This document shows, piece after piece, positions 47,007 to 64,000 of a stretch of DNA of 64,000 nt. The translations under genes and the position numbers were made by a program. This stretch comes from the human T2T-CHM13v2.0 reference genome, Homo sapiens. The notes under the pieces are model-generated. The model was not told where the DNA came from. It saw nothing but the letters and a program-made list of their open reading frames with translations, and searched no databases. The stretch lies in NCBI RefSeq assembly GCF_009914755.1, contig NC_060939.1. One strand, written 5' to 3'. How positions within the stretch are numbered: position 1 is the first letter of the stretch; the number at the start of each line of letters is the position of its first letter.

Positions 47007-48476
47007 GTTTGTTGAAGACTCTAATTCAGAATTCTACGGGTAAGACTGGCAGCCATACAATAGTTGGCAGATTGCTGAGCTCCCACAATTAATGGGCAGA
47101 GGCAGATGGTTGGAATTCCTATGATTTTCAGACAAGATGCTATCTGAAACTGGATCAGCAGTGTTGTTGTTAGTTGGTCATAATTTTCCATTGCTGCTTT
47201 TCTTGTTTGTTTTGTTTGTTGTTGTTGTTTTTTGAAACAGAGTTTTGCTCCATTGCCCAGGCTGGAGTGCAGTGGCACGATCTCGGCTCACTGCAACCTC
47301 CGCCCCAAGGTTCAAGCGATTCTCCTGCCTCAGCCTCCAGAGTAGCTGGGATTACAAGCACACGCCACCACGCCTGGCTAATTTTTTATATTTTCAGTAG
47401 AGATGTGGTTTCGCCATGTTGGCCAGCCTGGTCTCGAACTCCTGACCTCAAGTGATCCACCTGCTTCGGCCTCCCAAACTGCTGGGATTACAGGTGGGAG
47501 CCACCACACCCTGCCTCTTCTTGTTTTTTAATTATAAAAACCGTGTACTCTGTTAGTTTGTATGGTGTTAACCCTAGAAAGTTTAATGATACAAATGGAT
47601 ACATTTTTACCTATAATTTTCCCAAAGTTAGACTTTAACACAGGTACAATTGCAGTTTAAATATCAATCATTCAGTCCCTTGTTGCAAAAGCAGATGTAT
47701 ACATATATAATTTCCCACAGGGGTACTTTTTTAGTTGTCAGCTCATGTCTATAAATTCACAGTCTTCTCTTGTAAATACAAGTGACTCATATGTATGTTT
47801 CTTTTCTGTACTTTGTTTTAAACCTGAAGAATTAACTTGAATCTAGATGTCATCAATGAGGGTAGGAGACTAGGTAGAACCAGATGCTAAAGAAAGGGTG
47901 GCAAAATATCTTGGATAGATGGACTGAGAGTAACAAAAAGAGATCACTACAGTTTCAGAAAAGAAGATTCATGACAGGACCAAATCTGGAAGCCTCAAGG
48001 GAAACAGAGGAAAATGCTGGCCTGTCATTCTACCTCAGGAAAAAGGATATTGGAGAAGGGAAGGTCTCCTGGGTGCATACCTCATAACTTTCATCATAAG
48101 TTATAATCAGACTGCAAATTCTCTTTATGCTAGTATATCATATCATTTTCATCTGTGATTAGGGTTTTCAGTGCTCAACCTGGCTGGTCTATCTGAATGG
48201 TCATAGTAGGGTCTGGCTTTTCCTCTAATATTCAGACTTATACCCAAATATACCTACAGCAAGGAAGGCCTACCAGGAAAATGCCCCTTCCCAATACTCC
48301 CCTGACTTGTTATCTTAGTTACTGCCTGCATTTGACTCTAATTGAATGCAGAGCTTTGAAGGTTAAATGGCAATCATTTGGGCAGCTGGTTAGCAATGCA
48401 TTCACTCTTCTTTTCTTAGGCTCTAAGTCAAGTTCTGGTCTGGAAAAGGGTGGTGAAAAAAGTGTACATACCTTGA

Positions 48477-48831
<355 letters not shown>

Positions 48832-50009
48832 TAGCTTCAAAGGAGCAAGTGAATCACAGGAACCAGATGTACCATATATTTTTCATTTAGAAGATACCTA
48901 TTAACAACCACAGGGTTTTTAGAAAGTTCTGAACAACTCAGAAACAAAGCAAACGACTTCTTAAACTTTAAATCTGGTTGCTACATGCTAATTATAATAT
49001 AAATGGAACACTTAGAATGCTTTGACAGAATATAAGATCACATTCCTTTTTCTGTCATTTGAGCCTCTATATTTCAACACCCAAGAAAAAATGTCTCTAT
49101 AAAGAATTACTAAAATTTATAAAGAAACAATATGAATCATGAATTTAGTTTAAGTGCCGTAATTTTTATTTTTTGAGATGGAGTCTGGCTCTGTCACCCA
49201 GGCCAGAGTGCAGTGGCATGATCTGGTCTCACTGCAACCTCTGCCTCCGTGTTCAAGTGATTTTCCTGCCTCAGCCTGCCAAGTAGCTGGGACTACAGGC
49301 GTGCACCCCCATGCCTGGCTACTTTTTGTATTTTTAGTAGAGACAGGTTTTCACCATGTTGGCCAGGCTGGTCTTGAACCCCTGACCTCAAGTGATCTGC
49401 CTGCCTCAGCCTCCCAAAGTGCTGGGATTACAGGCGTGAGCCACCGTGCCCAGCCCAAATCCTATAATTACATGTGCAACTGTACAGAAAATAGCCTGAC
49501 AGATGACCTGGCCATGGAATAAACATAGCTTACATCAGATAGTGAGGGCATCCTGTGAACTTCCAGAAAACTGCAATCGAGTCATCTTCTTGAGTAAAGG
49601 TTTTGGCTGATTTGATAAGAAGTTCTGATAAGAAGGTTTAAAAAAGGACTAATGTATGGCAGCTCTAGAGAAATAGATTAAATCTTATTATAAGGAAGAG
49701 CTTTCTAAGTCAGACAGAATAGATCATTCCCAGGGCGTGGTCAGGAATTCCTGGCAGGAATAAGCCACTTAGCCACTTGGTGGAGATGCTGTAAAAGAGA
49801 ATTCAAGTAACATATGGCTGTGCATGATCACTTTAATCTTGGGAGTTTGCGGTTCTTTATTTGGAGTCTGAACAGTTGTTTTAAACTGAGAGTTTATTAA
49901 CAGTGGTTACGGAAAAACAACCATCATTTCTCACATGCCAAGTGAAAAAGATGAAACACATACAAAACAGAGTGCTAGCTGTTATCATTAATACACAATC
50001 TTTAAAAAA

Positions 50010-52760
<2,751 letters not shown>

Positions 52761-52992
52761 ATACAGAATCTTTCAATGAGAAAAAAATAAAAATTCAATG
52801 AGTTCCATTTTAATAGGTCATACTGCAGATGTTGCCAATTGACAATTATACTATAAAATTAGACAAGATGATTTATAATTTGTTAGTTATAATTTTGCTA
52901 TTCCCAAACTTCCTGTGAGGCCCTGACTAAACTGACAAACCTGAACATTGTAATTCCTAAAACAATAACAAAACCCTACCACTCACAGACCT

Positions 52993-53170
52993 CAATGATT
53001 CTCAAACTTATGTGTGTGTGAGAATCACCCGGGGAGTGTAATAAACATCAGATGCCTGGGCCCCACCCCTGGAGATTCTAACTCGGTTGGTCTGGAATGG
53101 GGCCCTGGGCAGTTCCATGTTTACAAGCTTGTGATGTCATTCCGATGTGCCGCAAGTTTGAGAGCTGCTG
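52993..53170. mobile_element. MER5A-like hAT-Charlie MITE (a second, Alu-interrupted MER5-like copy is at ~46025-46500)
   Basis: CAATGATTCTCAAACTT...GAATCACC...AAGTTTGAGAGCTGCTG terminal inverted repeats. Confidence 0.75.
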
Positions 53171-53339
53171 GCCTATCTCAGGGGAATAGCATTTGCATTA
53201 AATAAGTAGTCTAGTAAAGCTCTTAGAAAACAAAGCATAATGCTTCCTTTGTGGCTATTAGTCATTAGCGACTTTCCAGAAGCAGAAATGGTATGTCCAT
53301 TTATCACGATACTAACAAATTTCTGTCTAGCTTTGACTC

Positions 53340-53600
53340 AACAGTTAAAACAGTGCAGGGGTTAAGAACACACACACAGGATATGGGGTCAAACCAGGGT
53401 TTGAATCCTGGCTGTGTCAATTACTAGCAGTGAGACCTTGTCCAAGTGGCTTCATGTTGAGCCTTAGTTTCTGCATGTGGAAAAAGGAACTAGAGTACTT
53501 ATTTATCTCCCAGGATTGTATGAGGATTAAATGAGAGAATGTAAATAAGGCACCTACCACAGCTATAGGCAAGTGAAAAGCAATCAATAAATGGAACTAT
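53340..53600 (+). mobile_element. MIR SINE (other MIR fragments at ~8630-8760 and ~62030-62250)
   Basis: MIR core GGGTTTGAATCCTGGCT...GACCTTG..CAAGT...GAGCCTTAGTTTC...GAGGATTAAATGAG. Confidence 0.75.
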
Positions 53601-55194
53601 TGGCCAGGCGTGGTGGCTCACAACTGTAATCCCAGCACTTTGGGAGGCCGAGGCAGGCGAATCATGAGGTCAGGAGTTCGAGAACAGCCTGGCCAACATG
53701 GTGAAACCCCATCTCTATTAAAAATACAAAAATTAGCCAGGCGTGGTGGCAGGTGCCTATAATCCCAGCTACCTGGGAGGCTTAGGCAGGAGAATCACTT
53801 GAACCCAGGAAGTGGAGGTTGAAGTAAGCTGAGATCGCACCATTATCCAGCCTGGGCAACAAGAGTGAAACCCTGTCTCAAAAAAAAAAAAAAAAAAAAA
53901 AAAAGGAACTATTATTATTATGTTGACTAATTACTAGATGATTTCAGTGTGACCTTGCTGTGATTAATGCAGGATTAGAAACAGGATCAACTTAATATGA
54001 TCATATTAAGCTTTCTGTGACCATATATTTGTTCTGGAAAGGGTGAAACATACAAGTGTGTATATTATACACACTACAAACAAACGTTTTATCTATTTTA
54101 AAGTAAGTAATTATATTTAGTCTCTTCCATTCTTAATGTGTTTATATCACTTACAAAAATACTTCCATATCATATAGGGAGATCATTTTACAGAAGAAAA
54201 TGAATGGCATGAGATGGCCACCTGTTTCATATTCTAGGCAACACAGCAGTCACAAGCTATGGAAATCCAAGATTTAGGAGACTGGTTTTATATCCTAAGC
54301 CAAAGTTATCCCTCAAAACCAGAATGCTTTTTAAAAATAAAAATAGTCTTATGGTGATGAAGGCATATGTCTATAATACCAGACCGAAAAGTGATAATAG
54401 TAATCAGCAAGCAGAATTAACCATAGTTTTTTTAGTTATAGTGCTCTGGCCTATTACATTAAAATGAACAATTTTTCAGATAAAGAATCTTCAACTACAT
54501 TTCCAGTGGGGAAATTCAATTGCCCTATCCTAGACTTATGCAACTCTGGTTCTCAAAGGTCCCTAATTTTTATCTGTAAGAACAACTTTTTATTTCCTAG
54601 ATACTTTATGATTCCAAATGGGTAGGGGTAGGGGTGAGGCGAGGGCAGAAACTGTCCCAGAAGTCAGCAGTGAAGTCCCTGAACAGAGATGGACAGTGCT
54701 GATGATAGAGTCGGTCAGCTCCCTACTTTTGCCCTTCTCTTGGAGCTGGTCAGAGGCATAACCAATATGGTGAGAAAAATGGCTTTCATGCAAGATCTAC
54801 TGGCAGAGATCCTGATGGGCTGCTGGAGGTCCCCTGGGTTTATAATTATCAGCACACATCTATGGAACAATGCAACTGTAAAGCGTACTGTGCTAGGTAC
54901 CCATACAGAATAAGTACCTTACATTAATTCTGCGACAAAATATGCAGTCTTACAATTAATGATCCATGTGTGAGGGAGTGAATCCTAATGGCAGTAACAG
55001 AGGGTTTGCAGATATGCTCATTGACAGCATGGCAGGGTCCTGTTACAGGAGTTCTATTACGGAATGAATCTTCTCTTGATAGAAAAACAGGTGCTGGTTG
55101 GTGGCTACAGCCAAGAAGGATGAATGACTGATAGGAACAGGCACCTGGGTCTCGTCTGAATATTCTAGTTTATTTTAAACACCCAGTAGCTCTT

Positions 55195-55690
55195 TGTTCC
55201 TTTATTCATTTATTCAACAAATTTTTATTGAACATTTCTTATTATATTTAGGTTGCACAGAGCAGGGAGCTGGAGTTACAATGGTGAGTTAGACAAACAT
55301 TGATCCTACCTAAGAGGCTACTGACAGGTAAATAAGTAAAATTTAGTATAGCCAATTATACTTATGTACCATGATGGGGGAAGAACAGGATACACTCAGA
55401 GCACAAAGAAGGGGCACCCAACACAAAAATTTGAAGAGAAGAACAAGCTAAGACTTGAAGATTCAAGAAAGAGTTATTTTCAGAGAAGGTGGGAGGATGG
55501 ATGAAGGGAAAAAGGCAGAGACAGGAGTGAGTGTTCTCCGCAGAGAAAAACAGTAAGTTTGAAGGCCTGGACTGAAATTGCAGGGTGTGTCCAACCAAAT
55601 GGCCCAAGAGTACCCTGGCATACAGTGGAGTATGTATGTGTGTGATGTTGAGATGAGATGAGGGTAGAAAGCAAAGCCAGGAACAAGAAG
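55195..55690 (-). mobile_element. L2 fragment (other L2-like remnants at ~7300-7680 and ~59690-60000)
   Basis: TTCATTTATTCAACAAATTTTTATTGA, an L2 3' terminal motif, with degenerate L2 body. Confidence 0.6.
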
Positions 55691-57499
55691 AAGCTAGTGG
55701 CCAGGCACAGTGGCTCACAATGGTAATCTCAGCACTTTGGGAGGCCAAGGCAGGAAGATTGCTTGAGTCCAGGAGCTCGAGACCAGCCTGGGCAACATAA
55801 CGAGACCCTGTCTCTACAAAACAAAAGAAATATTAGCTGGGCAGTCCCTGCTACTCAGGAGGCTGAGGCTGAAGGATCCCGTGAGCCCAGGAGTTCGAGC
55901 TGCAGTGAGCTATGAGCTATGATTACATCAGGGCACTCCAGCCTGGGTGACAGAGAGACCCTGCCTCTTAAAAAAAAAAAAAGTAACATACAGTAATTTC
56001 TGAAATTACTAAAACTATATAAGGTGCCAGGAAGTTCCAGTTAGGTCACTAGCAGCAGTAAGTTGATGTCATTAAATCTGAGCAGATTCTGTGTAAAGTT
56101 GAAGAGTGATGGGCTCTTCGGTTTCTATGCTAGCTATTGATGCTTCCTCCCTGTATCCTGTTAAAGCCTATCTATTCCCAACTAACTGTAAAATATAAGG
56201 AACACAGCAGTTTCGTCAATGTGAGTAAGAAAACTATTCAATTAGTAGACAACAATAAAGGAATTCTGTCCACAGAAAGCCTATAAAGTATTTGAACAAA
56301 TTTGGTATTTGATATATATTGCCTGAACTACTAGCCTAAGTGCAAAGATCATGTTTTCCCAGATTCCTCCAGACTGAAGTAATCAACCCTTAACCAGCTG
56401 CAGCCAGCAAAAATAACATAAACAAAAACAACAAACACAAGCATACTCCTTCCACTCACATGCTTTATACTACTTTTTACTTAAAAAAAAAAAGTGTATC
56501 TTCCAATAGAGTCCACAAAGCCTCAAGCAGCAGGAACATGTAATGGGGTCTGTTTTGTCTGTTTTCTATGAAGGCATGATTTTACATATCAGCATTTATG
56601 TGCATAACAATCTGTCGGCAACAATACACCTGAAAATTTGATTTGGAGTTTGTAGTTTCCCAAACTTTTGTGTTGATACAGACAGAAAAAGTGAAGTAGT
56701 AGGAGATTCTAAACAGCTCAACCCAAAGAATTTCATCCTCAATATGAACAAAAGAGAGTTGCCAGAGGGCCCCTAATTATGCTTATTTCAGGTGCCTCTC
56801 CCCTTCCAAAAACATGTCATTTAAAGTATTTCAAATTATAATTACTCTTCTTGAAGAGTAAATGACAGATCCCTGGGCTTTTCATGGTGCTGTGACCCTC
56901 CTGACCTAGACTACCATCCTTCACTCCTCTGCTGGAGTAGGTCACATGGTGATGGGAACCTGGGAATCCTCAGGAAACAGGCTGGGAGAGGGCTGCCTGA
57001 CTGCAGCAGGAGAATGTTCTTGTCTCAATTTTCATTCTGCCATCTCAGGGAGAGAAGCACCCTAACAGCTTAATCCTTATGTTAAAACCTCAGCAAAACA
57101 AAAAAACAAAACTAAGCACAAAAAGATTGCAGCCCCTTCTTTAGAGAGAATTCTGATGCCATTCTATTTTTTTTCTTTGTTCCTTGCTCTAATACTCAAA
57201 CCAGGAAACACTAATTTGTAGCACTTTTCTGTCTCAGTGGTGCACATACACCCACCAAAACCAATTATAACTCAAACTGCAGGCTCAAACTCCTGGGCTC
57301 AAGCGATCATTCACCTCAGCCTCCCAAGTAGCTAGGGGTACAGGTGCTCACCACCAGGCCCAGCTAATTTTAATTTTTTTTTGAAGAGACAGGGTCTTGC
57401 TATGCTGCCCAGGCTGCCCTTGAACTCCTAGGCTCAAGTTATCCCAAAGTGTTGGGATTACAGGCATGAACCACCATGCCAGTCTGCCATTAAGTTTTT

Positions 57500-59650
<2,151 letters not shown>

Positions 59651-62600
59651 GTATATGCCAATGTTTTAGGGCATAGATAGATAGATAACTGGAACACCAA
59701 TCATTGACTTACTCCACAATATCCACCTTTAACCTCTTTCCTATCTATTCCACTGCCTCTGCTTTTAGTTCAGGGCCTCACACCTACTGGCCAGGACTTA
59801 TCCTCATAGACTTCTAACAGAGCTTTCTGCTTCCATTGAATCCCCTGCAATTCCTTTTCTACACTACTGCCAGAATGAGTTGTCTGAAAGACAAGACTTT
59901 CACGCAATTTACTTGTTTTGAATAATCAAATATTGATTCAAATATAAGAACTTGGAATAATATAATCAAAGCTCACAAAATGTTTACTAACTGGCCCAAT
60001 GTATACTCCTGTCACCTTCCAATGTAACTTTTGTAAGCCTTCAGACACACTGGTTACTTTATTGGGGCTACCTTTCCCCCAACTAGCTAGCTCATACTCA
60101 TCTTCATTTAACTTGGGATACCTCTGTGAATCTTTTCTTTCTAGTCTCTTTTTCCACAGTCTGTTTATTTCTTCCTCTGGGAGCTCAGAAAGTCCTACAT
60201 TCCCCTCCACTGCTGAGCCTAATACATTACAATGAAGTTGGAAACTGCTTAAGGGCAGAGGACAACTCCAAATAGCATCCAAATAAAAGAGGAGAGGGTA
60301 AGAAAATGAGTCTTGAAATGTAACTTCAAAGTACAGTCTCTAGGCTCACTTTTGGAAGATGAGCTGGAAAATGGAAACGTTGTTAATTGATTCTTCATCC
60401 TGAAGCTTCCCATGATCAAAGGAGATAGGCTTTTGTGAAATTCTAGACCCCACTCATGAAACATGTATCCTTGGCAATATGTTTCCCAGGAAATTAACCT
60501 CCTGTTCATTTTAATAATACTATTGGTGGTGGTGGTGGGGCAGGGAGAAAAGTATAAGCCTTCAAATTTAAGAAATTAAGGTTAGGAAGGAAGCCAGTAT
60601 CATTTCTTAATTTACGTTCAGATTAGGAGTCTTATTTTCATTGTTATTCTTACTTTAGGGTCCCCTATTTACAAACATAATGAGGAAAGAGCTTTCCATA
60701 TTACTCTTTTACAGATTTTCTGCTTTATGGTTACATTAGAATAATGAATACCTTCCACATATACAAAGGATGTACAATACGACAAATTAGTAAACTCTAG
60801 TAAAAATAAACTACTTTAAATACAAAAGCAATATATTGTTTCTTTTGTCTATCTTAAGACACAGGCTTATTTGGGTTATTTTAACATCAATTTTCTTAAA
60901 TGGTTTTGCTTACCTTTATTAGGGTATCAAAAGATTATTATAAGCCTCAGATTAGATTTTTGCCATTTTGATGCACAGGAGTTTGGTATATACTAAAACC
61001 TCTGCAGTAAGAAAAAAATATAAGCAGGAAACACCTTTGATTTCTTGTTAAATTTAGCAAAATACATTTTAAATGAAACTTTTTCCTGCTCCACTTACAG
61101 TTCAAAAGGCACACCATAGGAATGAATTGGTATGGTGCTTTAGTAGCCAAGATACACAGTTAAAAGTATTAATAAAACAGGAATGAACACATTAAGATGT
61201 ATTTTAAATACTATAGAGAAATTATTCCTATCAAGAACATCTGAGATGTGGTAGAAACAGATGAAAACATTCATATAAGGTTTAACATATATCATACAAA
61301 AGAAACAAATATTAGACACATATCCTGAGAGAATAAAACATTATTTGAAGAAATATAAAATTTACATATGTCAAGGGTGACAGTAATGCCTACTTAGTGA
61401 AGTGACATATTCAAAGGTCAAATACTGGCCGGGAGCTATGGCTCACACCTGTATCCCAGCACTTGGGCAGGCCGAGGCGGGTGGATCACGTGCGGTCAGG
61501 AGTTTGGGATCAGCCTGGCCAACATGGTGAAACCCTGTCTCTATTAAAAATACAAAAATTAGCTGGGCATGGGGGCGGGCGCCACTTGGGAGGCTGAGGT
61601 AGGAGAATCGCTTGAACCCAGAAGCCGACATTGTGCCACTGCTCTCCAGCCTGGGTGACAGAGTGAGACTCCATTTCAAAAACAAACAAAAAAACAAAGG
61701 TCAAATATTGTGGCCAGGCATGGTGGCTCATGCCTATAATCCCAGTACTTTGGGAGGCTGAGGCATTGCGGATCACCTGACGTTGGGAGTTCAAGACCAG
61801 TCTGACCAACATGGAGAAACCCCGTCTCTACTAAAAATACAAAATTAGCCAGGCGTGGTGGCGAATGCCTGTAACGCTTGAACCCCGGAGGCGGAGGTTG
61901 CGGTGAGCCAAGATCGTGCCATTGCACTCCAGCCTGGGCAACAAGAGTGAAACTCCATCTCAAACAAACAAACAAAAAACAAATATTGCTAAGACTGCTC
62001 CACCTCCACCCTTCTTTATTTTCTCCTAGAACATAACCGAATGGTTAAGAGCATAAACTCTGGAGTTAGGCTGTCTGCTTTAACAGTTATTAACTGTATA
62101 GACTTGGGCAAACCAGTTAAATTCTCTGAACTTTCATTTCTTAAGGACACCTATGATACCTACCATATGGTTGTTGTGAGGACAAAAGGAGTGAATACGA
62201 GTGCTCAGATAACTACCTGGCAGTATTCGTTAAGTGTTAGCTATTATTATAAATCTCCAGAAAAACTTTTTCTCCTCAATTACAGCAAGGGCTTCTTTCT
62301 AGAAAGGGTGAAATGTTTGTGTTCTTTAGCATTATCTTTGATTGCAGAAAAAACACATATAGGTACAATATCAAGAAGTCAAGTAATCATTAAAATGTTT
62401 ATTGATGTAAAGCTGCAATCAAACACTAACTCTTGGGAGAAAAATAAAGGGTGAGGACAAAAAAATCACCTGATTATTGTAAAGCTCTGACTTAGGCAAG
62501 TTGTTTTGAGTAAACAGGTATAAAATGCTGAAAGAGCTCATGAGTAGGAATCAAGATTTGAATGTAGGAGTAAAAAATGTGCTTATGGGACACAATTACA

Positions 62601-64000
62601 GCTGTGCTGATGCTTCACACACATAATGTTTAAGTTCTATGAAAGTGTTGAATGGATCACAAACTAGATCAAGTGATTCAGCAAATCCCTTTAGAAGGCA
62701 ATGCATTCATTGAATGCTGTTCCAAATAAAGTGTTGTAATGTTTCTATAAATACAGAAATTCAAAACTTACAATTAACTAGCTGTTGTACGTTTACTGAG
62801 ATCTTTAATATCTGAAGTATACAAAAAGGGGCAGGTCAGGCTATAGTGAAGGAGCTTAAGTTTGTTAAGGATTAAGGATTTAGCTCGGCTTCTAGGCCAG
62901 CCTTCAGGAATATAAAAAAGGCTTCAGATGACATAAAATCTAAATGTCTCCCAATTTGGCATAGTTTTAAGATAATTTTGCACTGTGGTGTCAAAGCAGA
63001 AGTTGTACAGTATATTGAGGACTTTATTATCGTGGAGCAGAGCCTATTATTATTTTGGGATGTTGAGCTGAAGTCAGACTCATTTCTCATAATCCAAGTA
63101 CATAAAACCTACTTCACCTGATAATCTGAGCCTCAATGTTAAGTGTTTGAAACTCAGAGTCCCCTAATCCTATACCAGTATCTTTTCCCCTGTGTTACAG
63201 TATTTATGACTCTGCATGTGCTAAGGAACAGCTTCCTTCTGATTCCTTAAAAGGAAAAACTCAAATAAATATCCAGGACATACGCAACTTTGGAGTTAAA
63301 AGTTCAGTAATTTCACTGGAGACAGTTCAGGGAATGTATTTCTTCTAGGCTAACCACACACCCACAAAAAAGGGAGTGCTTTTCACACATGGTTTCATCT
63401 TGTGCATTAGGAATACAATCCAGTCACTGCATAACCACTGTACGATGTCAATTTCACCAGGTAATAGTATTTTATAACACAGAGAAGTGGAGGTGAGGAA
63501 TGGGTATATTTAAAGGCTATGATTTTACATAATTTACATAAAAAGTTCTTTCTATACAAGATGATGGTGGTTGGGTGCAGTGGCTCATGTCTGTAGTCTC
63601 AACACTTTGGTGGGCTGACATGGGAGGGTATCTTGAGGCCAGGAGTTCAAGACCAGCCTGGGAAATATAGGAAGACCCTGTCTTTATTAAAACAAAACAA
63701 AAAAAAACAAACACAAAACCCCCCAAAACAAAAGGTGATGCCTTCACAAGCCCAAAGGAGCTCTGTCTATAGTTTTGATTTTGTATATCATTTATAATTA
63801 AAATGTCACTTTTTCCTGAAGAGCCAAAAGTAGTAATTTAGATAGAATGTTGCTGCAACAATTCAGGAAGAAAAAAATTAAAAACCAATACTTAGAATTT
63901 ACCAAGCAGCTATTTACTCAGTATGACTCAGGACACAAGCACTGAAGGGTGTATAGTCTAGCGGACTTAGAATCTAAATTAAATAGGAACAAGGATGTAC

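Noticed and set aside
60300-64000. Possible exons or 3' end of a neighbouring gene
   Set aside because: AT-rich unique sequence with no recognisable coding exon or splice-consistent ORF.

Overview
Primate (very likely human, chr15q14) genomic DNA that is about half interspersed repeats, with roughly 60 Alu copies. It holds two protein-coding genes arranged head-to-head around one CpG island. EMC7 is on the minus strand: 5 coding exons between 14517 and 32045, all with GT-AG junctions, splicing to a 242-aa ORF. PGBD4 is on the plus strand: a single 585-aa ORF at 32738-34495 encoding a domesticated piggyBac transposase with an intact DDD triad and Cys-rich C-terminal domain. The PGBD4 ORF still sits inside a recognisable full-length piggyBac (MER75-family) element at about 32490-35287, with a left TTAA, degenerate terminal inverted repeats, a lost right TTAA and two tail-to-tail Alus in its 3' arm. 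A processed RPL32 pseudogene lies in the last EMC7 intron. The rest is intronic or intergenic: solo LTRs, L1/L2/MIR and DNA-transposon fossils, microsatellites and a perfect 23-bp x4 minisatellite. I do not see a wholly new gene system. The most interesting material is the regulatory 'containment' architecture around the captured transposase: a shared bidirectional promoter, upstream ATGs, a polyA signal overlapping the stop codon, and an inverted-Alu hairpin. Gene and repeat names are from recognition, not database search, and repeat boundaries are approximate.
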